From positions 1-51,015 of the IMG/VR virus record IMGVR_UViG_3300010234_000140: a DNA stretch of 51,015 bases, one strand, 5' to 3'. The notes beneath the pieces are model-generated. The model saw only the letters and a list, made by a program, of their open reading frames with translations. It was not told where the DNA came from and made no database searches. Of this stretch, positions 34,021-44,312 are shown in pieces. The position numbers and the translations under genes are program-made. Every line of letters begins with the position of its first letter. Within the stretch, counting starts at the first letter, position 1. This DNA is from a virus. Its lineage: Duplodnaviria > Caudoviricetes.

Positions 34021-34399
34021 TTGGATTACAAAAGAGTTTGATAGTGGGCCTGGAATAGTCCCTGAAACGAAAGTAGAGTTCGTCCCTGTAGATGATGTAC
34101 TTCAATACTTTGAATGTCTTAGAAGGAATTGGCTTGAGGTGGTTAACATAAAGGAACGGCTAGACACAGCCAACTACTTTGGCGGTAAGGCCGCAACCGC
34201 CTCTGGAGAGGCCGCAGAGGAGTCTTTGGAGATGGTGGTAAATAACGTAGGGGATGCTGATAATTATTGGCGGGATATCTCAGAAGAAGACCAACTAATC
34301 CTATGGAAAGCCCCTACAAGGAGAGGTCATTCAAAGACCTTTGGAAGTGTATTTGAAACGTGGGAAAGGAAGATGCTTCGCGAGTTCTGGGGTGAATGA
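34013..34399 (+). CDS. Hypothetical protein
   Basis: LWKAPT...SVF..WER motif seen after phage recombinases. Confidence 0.65.
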   Translation: MPDWITKEFDSGPGIVPETKVEFVPVDDVLQYFECLRRNWLEVVNIKERLDTANYFGGKAATASGEAAEESLEMVVNNVGDADNYWRDISEEDQLILWKAPTRRGHSKTFGSVFETWERKMLREFWGE

Positions 34400-34856
34400 G
34401 GAAGAGTGGATTAGGAGGGAGGCTCTAAAAAGAACCAACCTCCATAGAGGTCATGATTCTCAGGAAATCCTTGCTGATGACCACGACGTGGCGGGGATGA
34501 GCGGGGAGGTGGCCCTTGGTAAGTTCACCGGATTTATGCCAGACCTAACCATGCGCCCGAAGGGTGATGACGGGGTTGATAATAAAATCATCTTAGGCTT
34601 CACCGTGGACGTAAAGGCGGCGAGGAAGCCTTACTACCTGCTGCACAGAGTTGACCACGGGTTCGCAGACATCTTCATCCTTGGACACTACAGCGATGAG
34701 ACCTGTGAGACAACACTCCTTAAGTGGACCTGGGGCCATGTCGTTAAACAGGCCCCGGTCAGGCGCTCCTCTTACGGCGTCCTCAACCACTCGATTAAAG
34801 CGGAGGATTTGAAAGATATAGAGGAGCTTAGGTCTCGGCTTGTCAAACTCGGTTAA
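34392..34856 (+). CDS. Putative PD-(D/E)XK-fold protein
   Basis: G..GEVA....GDDGVD.....VDVKA. Confidence 0.6.
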   Translation: MNEEEWIRREALKRTNLHRGHDSQEILADDHDVAGMSGEVALGKFTGFMPDLTMRPKGDDGVDNKIILGFTVDVKAARKPYYLLHRVDHGFADIFILGHYSDETCETTLLKWTWGHVVKQAPVRRSSYGVLNHSIKAEDLKDIEELRSRLVKLG

Positions 34857-37180
34857 ATCTCAGTGGCGGTTCCGTCAAGGTACATGGTGTACCAAGACCC
34901 GTTGAAGAACTCTAACACCGCCACGTCATTCTGGGCGGGTAGATCAACCTTGGTCCCATTGCTGTAGTTCGCAGGGGTTATCTCAGCATCGTTCGATGCA
35001 CTCAGGTTAATCAAAACCACCCTTGCCCCTTCAGCACCGTCAGCCAAAGTGTAGGCTATAGGGTCTGAGGACGGGGTTAACTCGACTTGAGAGGAAGAAG
35101 GGACAATCGCCCCTGCGCCGGTGAGGGCTTGGACGTAAGTACCCTGAGAGTTGTTCGCATAGACCAAGCCGGTTCCAAACGAAGCCCCTGCATCAAGGGA
35201 ATCCTTCAAGTAAGACGTATCCGCACTGAGCGCATTAAGGCTGTTACCGACAATCACAATGTTGTCGATTACATGGGCGTCTGCCGCCCCAACACGAGCC
35301 TGAGTCATGTGTACGAAATCGGTCTGTATGTCATCAATGGTGTTACCCGTGATAGAACCATCGTTCGTCGTACCCGTCAGTTTAATCGCTGAAGTGCCCG
35401 CTCCTTTACTGTCGATAGTGTTTCCGGTCACGCTCCAGTGATGGGAGTCATCAATAACCATACCCTCTTCCGTATCACCATCTATCACGTTACCCGTAAT
35501 AGATACGTGCTCAACCTGACACTCTACTGTCCCCGAAGGAGTCGATTCAACCGTGTTGTTGAAGTTGGTCCCGTCAAGGTTTAGCAGGGTGAAGGTCGTA
35601 GAAGTAACCGTAGAGCCCGTCAAGTAGAACCCATCTGAAACGTCTGACTCGCTCGCGCCAATATCAGCAATGTAGATCAGTTGCCCAGAAGGGTAGTTAG
35701 AAGCCGTGGAGGTTGTGATGACAGAGGGGTTTGCTATAGAAGCCCCTGAAATAGTGTATTCACACCCCGCGTTGTTAATCTCTATACCCGTGTCCTCAAT
35801 GTCGAAGACGGTGTTGTTGGAGATGTTGATGTCACTAGTACCTCGTTGAGCCTGGATACCCTTGGCGAGTACCCCATTACCCCTGATGACATTCCCCCAT
35901 ACGGCTGTCTTGGTGGAAAAGCGGCCAATCTCAATACCGTAGTTTGTCGCAGCGCCATTAGAGAAGTCGGAAGTGGCGTCCACCTCAACGATGTTGTTGG
36001 CGATGATTCCGTAGTTAGAATTGTTACCGTGGCTTATACCGTTACCACCATTCCGACACGTATTGCCCGTAATGGTGTACTCTTCACGCTGTTGCCCTAC
36101 GATACACCCGACAGAGCCTGGGGAGTCTGAGGCGGTAACAATCTTCTGAGTGAAAATATTGTTAGAGACTACAATATCTCGACCCTTGACTTCGCTCGCT
36201 CCAGTCGTAGCCTCTCCCCCTACCCACAGGATAGGAAGGTCGAAAACCGCTGTTTGGGTGGTCCAATCATACTCATTGTTCGTAATGCGAACGCGATAGA
36301 TGTCGTCCGTTCCCGGCGTTCCGCTTACAGAGGCATGGACATAGATAGGCCGTGAGCCTGCCCCATACCCCGATATGTTGTCGATAACGATGTCAGAGGA
36401 ATCCGTAACCCGAATGGCACCACCGGAAGTGTTGAATATCTCCATGTGCTGTATGGTGATATCAGACCCTTGAGCGCCCTGCGCCCCCTGAATCCAAATA
36501 CCCTCTTCGCCTTGTACTCCATCACGAGCCGTCTGATTAGCGGCATTCCCATCAATGGTGAAGTGCTCAATAATCAAGTTTGAAGGGGTGGTGTGGAAGT
36601 GGAATACACCATCATCTTCTGAGTCTTTCAGTTTGACAGTGGTAATCCCCGCACCCGCACCCGTAATGCGGACGTTATCAAGATCGCTCTCATCAATGTT
36701 GCCTACAAGACACGTCCCAGGAGGGATATATACGTGCCTGTCATCAGCTAGAGCGGAGTTGAAGGCAGTCGTATCGTCAGTAGTGCCATCACACACAGCG
36801 CCGTGGTCTAGGACTGATACTACCGTCTGACCACCCGGAACCCTGATGTCGTCCTGTGTCCATATAGTGACTCCTAGAGAGTCCTTTAGGACCAACTTAT
36901 AGCCGACACCGTTAGGGCCGAAGAAGCCGTTAGGCGTCTCCCCCCTGGAATCTAAAGTGATATCCCCTGAAGCACCATTGGTTAATGCGTCAGCATCATC
37001 CGCTGTGGGGTAATACGTTTTGTTCGTATCATCCGCAGGGTTTAATACCTGAAGCGTACCTGAAGCCAAAGGGTCTCCGTTGGTATCGAAGAACTGTGGC
37101 TTGGGAGTGCCTATTATTGGGTACGCCGCCCACGCAAAAACGGGGAGGAGTAATAGGAGTATGGAAAGGAGTTTCTTCAT
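34853..37180 (-). CDS. Tailspike: signal peptide, head-binding-like domain, pectate-lyase-like beta-helix
   Basis: MKKLLSILLLLLPVFAWA; PQFFDTNGDPLASG..LDSRG..YKLVLKDS.G..IWTQD; VSVLDHGAVCDGTTDDTTAFNSA..VYIPPGT. Confidence 0.85.
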   Translation of the reverse strand: MKKLLSILLLLLPVFAWAAYPIIGTPKPQFFDTNGDPLASGTLQVLNPADDTNKTYYPTADDADALTNGASGDITLDSRGETPNGFFGPNGVGYKLVLKDSLGVTIWTQDDIRVPGGQTVVSVLDHGAVCDGTTDDTTAFNSALADDRHVYIPPGTCLVGNIDESDLDNVRITGAGAGITTVKLKDSEDDGVFHFHTTPSNLIIEHFTIDGNAANQTARDGVQGEEGIWIQGAQGAQGSDITIQHMEIFNTSGGAIRVTDSSDIVIDNISGYGAGSRPIYVHASVSGTPGTDDIYRVRITNNEYDWTTQTAVFDLPILWVGGEATTGASEVKGRDIVVSNNIFTQKIVTASDSPGSVGCIVGQQREEYTITGNTCRNGGNGISHGNNSNYGIIANNIVEVDATSDFSNGAATNYGIEIGRFSTKTAVWGNVIRGNGVLAKGIQAQRGTSDINISNNTVFDIEDTGIEINNAGCEYTISGASIANPSVITTSTASNYPSGQLIYIADIGASESDVSDGFYLTGSTVTSTTFTLLNLDGTNFNNTVESTPSGTVECQVEHVSITGNVIDGDTEEGMVIDDSHHWSVTGNTIDSKGAGTSAIKLTGTTNDGSITGNTIDDIQTDFVHMTQARVGAADAHVIDNIVIVGNSLNALSADTSYLKDSLDAGASFGTGLVYANNSQGTYVQALTGAGAIVPSSSQVELTPSSDPIAYTLADGAEGARVVLINLSASNDAEITPANYSNGTKVDLPAQNDVAVLEFFNGSWYTMYLDGTATEI

Positions 37181-37192
37181 TTATAAGGCTCT

Positions 37193-39952
37193 TTAGTCAA
37201 TAATGTCTTCTACGACATCTCTTGCGGGCTGTTCAATTGCTCCAAACACGTTGACGCCGGGCATCATGTCCACAACCGTCTTAGCTCTTTTCTTGTCGCT
37301 CATATCTGCGTTAATTGCTAGGTCTGCTACCTTCGCCGCGTCACCAAACGCTGCGCCAAACAGGTTGAAGATTCTGTTTTTACTGTCATCGGCAAACCCA
37401 TATCTGTATGGGTCTGCTATCTGGTATGCGTATGTGAACGGCCCAAACAGGGCAGATCGGTCAACTGCTGCGAGCAGACGGCTTGAGGGCTCTCTATCTG
37501 AGTCATAACCAGCCAACCACTCGCGCACAAACTGTGTGTAATAGGCAAGCGCTACGCTTGCTGTCATGCTGCTGGCAATGCTAAGTTTCCTGGCCGCGCT
37601 TGACCCAGCAACCCCCCGAACCATTCCCAACTCAGACATAGCCCTCTTCATGAACAGGTTGGAAAAGACTGAAGTAAAGGACTTGAACAGTAATATGTTC
37701 GTGAAGTGAGGGTCAGAAAACAGCAGGGGCTTTGTCGCGGCATTGGGCATGGTGATAGCCCAATTAACTCCACGAGCCTTGGCGTTCTCAATAATATCAG
37801 CCAGCGGGCCAACCGACGGCATTCCGTCATCTACCCACTTCTTAAAAACCTTTTCTTCTATGCCAAGCTCCCTTAGAAGCCCCTTGTTGGCCCTCCCCTT
37901 CCCTTTTGCGGCCTTCTTGATAACCGACTCTAGGGTTGAGTAGGCGATAACCCTCTGCATATCTGTGAGGGCTTCCAGTCCAGTCATGTGCATAAATTTA
38001 TTGGTAGCCATGCTTGAGACGTTGTTAAATCTCGTGGCCGTAGTGGACTGAATGGTGTTCATCGAGATAAGCCCTTGCTGCTCCAAGGCTTCTGCTATAC
38101 GCCCCTTCCCGATCTTACTCGCACGCCCCCGCAACAGTCTCTCGGCTGTCCGGCTTGCCATGCGCAAGCTATAAAGAGCCCCGTTAGCATAAGCCTTAGG
38201 GACAAAACCAAACTGAATAGCGGGGGCGGCTAATTCTGGAATAGAGGCGAGAGAGACTAGGCCAAGGTGAAGCATGGTTTCATAGTTAGCAACACGTCTG
38301 TTTAGTTTGGCTAGGGCCGGGTTCTCAATCATCTTGTACTTGCCCTGGAGAGCGTCGGCTAGGCCGTACACGTCTTTAGAGAGTTGCGATATCTTTGTTG
38401 AACTATCTCCTATGCCCAACTCATCAATAGCCTTTGCCATTACGCGATTGAGCTTACCTTCACTGCGACCCATGACTCTGGCGTATTCGACGCGCCTAGT
38501 GACGCCCCTGACGTACTGAGTCAACAGCGGCTCTAAATCGTTCACCAGCCACTTCTCAGCGGCGGGGAGCGCCCCTTCAGGGATGTTGAGCTTTCGTGAC
38601 ATTTCGATATGTGGGTTTTTAGAAGCCCTGCCAGGGTCCATAACCCTCTGCGACCACGCCTTCGCGTCCACCCCAGGCCCCAACCTGTCAATGGCGTCAT
38701 CGAACCCCATCATGCCGTCATTCTCTCGGATGCGCCGAACAACTTTTTCCGCCGCTTCATGGCTCATCTTAAACGTCTTTCTCAGGAAAGAAGAGAACTC
38801 TGCGGGGCGCTTCTCTATGCTTGCCACATCCCAGACTTGAGCGAGATAATTGTCAACAGTCCCGGCATCCTTGAATATTTTTTTGGTGTATCCGTCATGG
38901 ATGACCCTGAGGGCTTCCTGTATCTCTGCCACATAAGGCGCGTACTTCTCAGGGGTCTTTCCAGTCCTTAGCCCCCTGACGATTTCCTGGCTTGCGCCCT
39001 TATTGACGTTACGCAATCTTGAGTTCAAGGGTTTGTATATGTCGTCAAAGACTTTGAGATACTTCGCCTGCGCCCTGTTCGTTGCAGAAATCAGGTCGTC
39101 GCCAATAAAGCCTCTGGATTTGTCTGCTCGTGTGGGCCTAAAGATTTGGTCTGCCATCTTCGTTAGGGCGGGCGAACCATGTGAGCGCCACACCTCTACA
39201 GGCTTGAAGAAGGCGGGCTTTAAGATCATGGAGTGCATAGCTTCGGAGAACTCCCCCCGACCCGCATGACGAACCCCTTCGGCAAGCGCCTTCATCGAAG
39301 TGCCCTTGTCGGATAGGGGAAAGTTTACGCGGGCGGCAGGCTCTCCCGTCTTTACATCAACCATTGAGTCAAGCTCGCCAACTCTTTCCGCTCTTCGGAT
39401 GGCTCTCTTGCTGGCGGCGGTCTTTGCGGTCTTGCCTACAGACTTAAGACCTCTTCCTGCGAGGGTGGCTATAGGCTTGACAGCAAATGGAACAGCCATC
39501 GCCATCGCTTCGGGCGCTGTTTTCCCAAAGGCTCCCAGAAACTCGCTCCCTGTGGCCTCGAAAAGCGCATCCCCCCAATCATCTCCAGTGTCTTGTATAT
39601 ACTCCTTATAAAAGCCTTCAACCGCATCCATAGCGGCCCTGCCGCCTCCCGACATGGATTCTCTGTCAAGCCCTGCGAACTCATGGAGGACTTCGTTGGT
39701 AGATTGCATGACAGACTCAAATGCGCCGGTATAGGCGAACGGGTCGCCCTCCCGAACAGCCTCCGAGACACCCGCGATAGTACCGCCTAGGGCACCTATC
39801 ATCCCGAGTCCCATGTTGCCAGCAACTTCTACAACGCCCTTGGCAGTGACCTCTTCTGGCTCTGCGGGAGTTCCGCCAAACCTGGGGCTCGCCTTGGTGC
39901 TGCCGAATCGGGGGGTCGGTTTATTCACTGGGGTTCCGTCAAACCTAGCCAT
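37193..39952 (-). CDS. Large internal virion (ejection) protein
   Basis: 919 aa, helical, last of three genes after the tail proteins. Confidence 0.7.
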   Translation of the reverse strand: MARFDGTPVNKPTPRFGSTKASPRFGGTPAEPEEVTAKGVVEVAGNMGLGMIGALGGTIAGVSEAVREGDPFAYTGAFESVMQSTNEVLHEFAGLDRESMSGGGRAAMDAVEGFYKEYIQDTGDDWGDALFEATGSEFLGAFGKTAPEAMAMAVPFAVKPIATLAGRGLKSVGKTAKTAASKRAIRRAERVGELDSMVDVKTGEPAARVNFPLSDKGTSMKALAEGVRHAGRGEFSEAMHSMILKPAFFKPVEVWRSHGSPALTKMADQIFRPTRADKSRGFIGDDLISATNRAQAKYLKVFDDIYKPLNSRLRNVNKGASQEIVRGLRTGKTPEKYAPYVAEIQEALRVIHDGYTKKIFKDAGTVDNYLAQVWDVASIEKRPAEFSSFLRKTFKMSHEAAEKVVRRIRENDGMMGFDDAIDRLGPGVDAKAWSQRVMDPGRASKNPHIEMSRKLNIPEGALPAAEKWLVNDLEPLLTQYVRGVTRRVEYARVMGRSEGKLNRVMAKAIDELGIGDSSTKISQLSKDVYGLADALQGKYKMIENPALAKLNRRVANYETMLHLGLVSLASIPELAAPAIQFGFVPKAYANGALYSLRMASRTAERLLRGRASKIGKGRIAEALEQQGLISMNTIQSTTATRFNNVSSMATNKFMHMTGLEALTDMQRVIAYSTLESVIKKAAKGKGRANKGLLRELGIEEKVFKKWVDDGMPSVGPLADIIENAKARGVNWAITMPNAATKPLLFSDPHFTNILLFKSFTSVFSNLFMKRAMSELGMVRGVAGSSAARKLSIASSMTASVALAYYTQFVREWLAGYDSDREPSSRLLAAVDRSALFGPFTYAYQIADPYRYGFADDSKNRIFNLFGAAFGDAAKVADLAINADMSDKKRAKTVVDMMPGVNVFGAIEQPARDVVEDIID

Positions 39953-41079
39953 TACTTAACGTATATCTCCCCATCATCAGGGTCTATGTAGTGGTCGCCA
40001 GCACTAAGAGCGGCGTAGTCTTCTTCCGTCTCTGGGGTGGCCGGGTTGTCCATGTTGTGAGTTGGGCTGCCGTCATCTTCTGACGGACCATCTTCCTTCG
40101 CCTTCCCCAAGAACTCCCTGGCTTGCCTGTTCGCGTCTCGGTAGATGTCTTCGATATTTCCGCCTTTCTTGAACCGTATCACGAGAGCCGCCGTAAGAAT
40201 GTCCTTCGCGTCCGGCTCGTTGCTAAACCACTCAGAGTGCTCATCAATCAGCATGTCGGCTATATTCCCGGCAAGGTCTTCTGATATCTTAACGCCAACA
40301 TCTGCTCTACTGGCCCCGTACACCATTAACTGAGCGTCCTTCTGCTCATCCGTAAGGTCTTTGTTGTTGATTACATCCATTACGGCTTGTGCGTTTTGCA
40401 TAGCGGCAGTGGGGTCTTGCCCATCCTTCTGGGCCTCGTCGAACTTAGCCAACCCCTCATCGCCTTCGTGTTTCAGGATGTTCTGCCGATCACGATGCAG
40501 TTTCCCAGCAGGGCTCAACGGGTCTGGGCGCACTTCCGGTATAGAGTCAAGCGCCTCGCCTATAGCGAGAATCTCTTCTCGTGAAACCTGCCCGTCACCG
40601 TCTGTGTCAAGATTTAGGTCTGGGTAGAATGCTTTAATCTTCCCAAGGGCGTCCTCGGTAATCCCAGAAATATCGCCAGGGTCTTCGGTCTGCTCAATGC
40701 CCCATATGGCCTTTTTTATAATATCTCGCGTAACAGGGTCTTCCAAAATGACCTTATTAGCTTCCGCGCTCTTCCTCTTGTTCTCCTCTTTGCGTTGCGC
40801 CTCCTTCCTTGCCTCTTCGTCGCGGGCGATATCTGTCCGAGCTTCGGAGTCCTTTGCCCGCCTCTCCTCAAGGTCTAGGCCACGGTCAGTTTGGTCTGCC
40901 ACACGGGGCATCATCTCTGTTTGCGCTTCGGTATGGGCAGTGCTTGCCTTGGTGGAGTCTATGTTTGCTAAAGCCTGTTGGCGGGCGATTACTGAAGCCC
41001 TGCCTTTCTCTACCCTCTCCGGTATATTTGGATGGATGGTGCGGGCGGCTTGATCATAGAATATGTTGGATATAGACAT
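39952..41079 (-). CDS. Ejection protein
   Basis: Coiled coil; C-terminal P.TEEDYAAL..GDHYIDPDG motif. Confidence 0.65.
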   Translation of the reverse strand: MSISNIFYDQAARTIHPNIPERVEKGRASVIARQQALANIDSTKASTAHTEAQTEMMPRVADQTDRGLDLEERRAKDSEARTDIARDEEARKEAQRKEENKRKSAEANKVILEDPVTRDIIKKAIWGIEQTEDPGDISGITEDALGKIKAFYPDLNLDTDGDGQVSREEILAIGEALDSIPEVRPDPLSPAGKLHRDRQNILKHEGDEGLAKFDEAQKDGQDPTAAMQNAQAVMDVINNKDLTDEQKDAQLMVYGASRADVGVKISEDLAGNIADMLIDEHSEWFSNEPDAKDILTAALVIRFKKGGNIEDIYRDANRQAREFLGKAKEDGPSEDDGSPTHNMDNPATPETEEDYAALSAGDHYIDPDDGEIYVK

Positions 41080-42126
41080 TTATTGTCCCTTCAGCCATTC
41101 ATCAACGTTTTCCCAATCGTAACTCATAGCGCCACCCCCTCCTCCTGAAGAGTTGCCGCCCCTCCAGTTCTGATAAGCGGCCCCTGCCGATTGACCCACA
41201 CTACCAATCACGTTGCTCCAAATATTGGCTTGGTTAGTGTAGGCAGACTGCCTAGTGCCTGAAGCGGCTCCTTGTGCAGCAGCGGTTTGAGCATTGTAGT
41301 TATATCCCGCTTGTGTGGCGGTATTGACCGCTCCCGGCCCATAGCCTGCAATCTGTGCAATGCGGGCATAAATGTTTTGATACTCAGTAGAGGCGTAGTT
41401 CTGTGCGTATCGGGCAAGTTCTTTATGAGCCCCCCCTGATAATGCACCACCCCTTGCAGCCGCACCTCGTTCTACAGCCCTCTGACCTTCATTAAGGCGG
41501 AACTGATATGAGGGGTCAGCCTTGACCATTGCCTCAATGGATTGGGGTTGACTAGCAGCCCCCTGTGCGGCCACCTGAGGAGCTGTGGGCATTTCTGAAA
41601 CAGAGTCACCTCTTACAGAAGAGAGCGCCCCGCCTTCTCCAGCCCTTAGAGCGGCACCACCCTTGTAACGAAGCCCCTTGCCTTCAAAGACTACCTTAGA
41701 GCCTGGGGAGAGGTCGTTGATATTACCAATCTTCTCTACGCCAGAAGCGGCTGTCCAGTTATCTCCCCTTCCCGAGAAGATGTTACCTTCATGGTCACGG
41801 TAGACAGGCTTGCCATTCCACCTTGTATCAGGGATAAGAGAGAGGTCATCCGTCCCTCCAGTCCTGCCTACGCCACCCGCTGCCGCTGAACTGACAGAGC
41901 CGGGTACACGCTGACCTGTGAGAAGCATCATGTTCTCTAGGGCTTGGTATGACGCATCCCTGAACGGGGCTGTGTCAGAGCGAGCTTGTTCTATGTTGCG
42001 CTGATCTTGCCGAGCCTGATTATTGGCTGTTCGCGTAGCGTCCTTAGCCGCGTCTTTCGACCCCTTTGCCTGAACAGCGCCACTAACGACTGATACTGCG
42101 GCTGCCCCTACGTTTACCCAACTCAT
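41080..42126 (-). CDS. DNA transfer/pilot protein (P22 gp7-like)
   Basis: MSWVNVGAAAV.., DPSYQFRLNEGQRAVERGAAARGGALSG..K.L.RYAQ.YAS.EY. Confidence 0.8.
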   Translation of the reverse strand: MSWVNVGAAAVSVVSGAVQAKGSKDAAKDATRTANNQARQDQRNIEQARSDTAPFRDASYQALENMMLLTGQRVPGSVSSAAAGGVGRTGGTDDLSLIPDTRWNGKPVYRDHEGNIFSGRGDNWTAASGVEKIGNINDLSPGSKVVFEGKGLRYKGGAALRAGEGGALSSVRGDSVSEMPTAPQVAAQGAASQPQSIEAMVKADPSYQFRLNEGQRAVERGAAARGGALSGGAHKELARYAQNYASTEYQNIYARIAQIAGYGPGAVNTATQAGYNYNAQTAAAQGAASGTRQSAYTNQANIWSNVIGSVGQSAGAAYQNWRGGNSSGGGGGAMSYDWENVDEWLKGQ

Positions 42127-42575
42127 TCAATCATCTCCGTCATATTTGGTATCTCGTCATATGTTTTAGCTACCACCTCTAGTTCGATTTTCTCTAAATC
42201 GGTTTCTTCAGTGATATGAATGGTTGTCAACACTGTGTCCTCAATCGCCCAAGCAGCCTTCTTCGAGCCAACTTGTGAAACGAATGTTTGGGGAGCCTCT
42301 ACAAGCTCTGAGTTGCCGTGGCTATCAACTAGCGCCACAACCCCCTGCTGGACAATCGTGAGGTGCTCGGTCTTGTGTATCTTCCCGACAGCGACTATAC
42401 CTGCGGGAATAAATACCTCTCTCGCATACACTCCGGGAGCGAAGTGATGCGTAGTCTCAATCTCAACCTGCTCTTCTTCTGGAAGGTCGAACATGGACTG
42501 CTCAAGCTCCGCTATCGCGGCTCTAGCTACTAGGTTATTGCTCACAGGGTAGGTGCTGCCTGAAGGGGTATCCAA
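42123..42575 (-). CDS. Cupin-like conserved phage protein
   Basis: HHFAPGVYARE.FIPAG...VGKIHKTEH. Confidence 0.75.
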   Translation of the reverse strand: MDTPSGSTYPVSNNLVARAAIAELEQSMFDLPEEEQVEIETTHHFAPGVYAREVFIPAGIVAVGKIHKTEHLTIVQQGVVALVDSHGNSELVEAPQTFVSQVGSKKAAWAIEDTVLTTIHITEETDLEKIELEVVAKTYDEIPNMTEMIE

Positions 42576-42844
42576 TACGTTGTCCCCCCTACTTCGACTT
42601 GCATGTGTCTCTGTACAGCCCCGGATGTAGCGAAGGTGCTAACGGGAGCGGTTGTGTTGGCTGCTTCTGTTCCTGAGAGTTTCAGGTTTGCCCCTGAGTC
42701 TCCCTTATCTATCTCTAACGTCCCTACTATGGTCGCAATCCACTTAGCCAGTTCATTTATGAAGTGGTTCCACTCCCTGTCATTCTTTGGCCTGTTCTGT
42801 AAGGAAGGGACTGCGTTGACAATATCATTAATACTGTTTGCCAC
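42542..42844 (-). CDS. Putative tail-associated protein
   Basis: REW..F...L motif directly after gp10-like gene; probable GTG start. Confidence 0.55.
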   Translation of the reverse strand: MANSINDIVNAVPSLQNRPKNDREWNHFINELAKWIATIVGTLEIDKGDSGANLKLSGTEAANTTAPVSTFATSGAVQRHMQVEVGGTTYWIPLQAAPTL

Positions 42845-44312
42845 GACCCGACATCTCCTGTATCTGTGTTGGCTCTCCAACGAGTTTGGCGTTCAACCCT
42901 CTTATCACGTGAGGGTGTGGCACAGACGTTCTGAGCCTGAATATCCAATTGCGGGCTTGGCCTAGCCTTCGCCATACAAGCCGCCTGCCGTAGTCTCCCA
43001 ACTCCCCCCCACTACGTTCTATCTCGTTCGAGAAGGTATGACCGCCATCCTTAGACCATGACATCCAGAACTTCGTGTCTGTCGAGTCATTGGAGTCACC
43101 AAACCCCTCATCAAGATCGAGTTGGATAGACTTAATCCGTATGCGCTCCTCCTCTTTGCCCAAGGACATGGAGATGCGCTCTCGGTTCATCCGAGTGCCG
43201 TTCTGCGTCCCTACAGTGGAGTCGAGGGCGTATATCTTCCCGTTCTCAAAGTCACCGAAAAGATGCTTGCCATGTGCGAATACGTGACAGTTGTATCTCT
43301 CTCTCGAAGGGCTACCGCCAACATTGTGGGCGCGGGTATGCCACATCTGAGTAGAAGCGTCGTATGCCCACGTCTTCCCTTCTGAGGGGAAGGTCAGGAC
43401 ATAAAACTCATGCCCCTCGTGCTGATAGACATAAGCGAAGGCGTCTGAGATGGTTGTATAAGTAGAGATTTGATAGTTGACCTCAGGGGTCGAGATGACC
43501 TGAACCTGATTCTCACCACCTATCTGAACTACTTGACCATTTCCCTCTTCGTCCTCTCCTAGCCAAGCGACAGAGTTGTCAAACCGAACAGCGGTAAAAG
43601 GAGCCGCGCACCCTTTTTCAATATACCCGCCCTGGTATCTCTTGAAGGTATCGTCAGCATCACCTGAGTTGTAGTACCGCTCAGTCGTCTTCTTCTGAAA
43701 GAAGAACACTTCTCGACGATCAGCCACGAGAGACTGCCCAATATCAGGAGAACCCTCACCTACATAAAAATCAAGGGCGTTTACAGTCTCAGCATCGTAT
43801 AGATTGGAGATGTACCACTTGTCATCATCTGCTACATTGAAGATGATATAGCCATCAATGAAGTCCAAAGAGACTGCTTTGAGGATATCCCCCCCAGAGT
43901 TCTGAACCTCAGATATGGTCTTTGCTATGTTGTCGTAAACGTAGTAGGAGGTTCCGTCACCAATGGCTAGGTGCTGCTTGGTGTTTGTAACTCCTGTGGA
44001 GTCCGTAGCGCGTGTTCCGTTGTGGGCCATAGATACCCTACCACCGGAGGTGTTAATCTCCCCCCTATCTAACGCAGTGCCGTCTGACTCCACTTCATAA
44101 AGGGTATTGCCGCATACGAAGAAGGCGTTGCCGTTAAACTCAATCGCCCCCCGTACTTCGGAGTTTTGAAGGTCAGAAAAAAGCACGTCCCCCGGCGTAG
44201 AGACAAGCGCATCCCCATCCATACCCTTCTCAAAGAAATATCCTTGACAGGTGGAGGGTGATACGGCTGATGACCTTCCTGTATATGCGCCGCCGAAGAA
44301 AGGTATCTTCAC
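42828..44312 (-). CDS. Packaged DNA stabilization/tail protein (P22 gp10-like)
   Basis: GCAAPF, ISTPEV, YQHEGHEFYVLTFP...TWAYDASTQMWH, SWSKDGGHTF, WRRLG.AR. Confidence 0.9.
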   Translation of the reverse strand: MKIPFFGGAYTGRSSAVSPSTCQGYFFEKGMDGDALVSTPGDVLFSDLQNSEVRGAIEFNGNAFFVCGNTLYEVESDGTALDRGEINTSGGRVSMAHNGTRATDSTGVTNTKQHLAIGDGTSYYVYDNIAKTISEVQNSGGDILKAVSLDFIDGYIIFNVADDDKWYISNLYDAETVNALDFYVGEGSPDIGQSLVADRREVFFFQKKTTERYYNSGDADDTFKRYQGGYIEKGCAAPFTAVRFDNSVAWLGEDEEGNGQVVQIGGENQVQVISTPEVNYQISTYTTISDAFAYVYQHEGHEFYVLTFPSEGKTWAYDASTQMWHTRAHNVGGSPSRERYNCHVFAHGKHLFGDFENGKIYALDSTVGTQNGTRMNRERISMSLGKEEERIRIKSIQLDLDEGFGDSNDSTDTKFWMSWSKDGGHTFSNEIERSGGELGDYGRRLVWRRLGQARNWIFRLRTSVPHPHVIRGLNAKLVGEPTQIQEMSGRGKQY

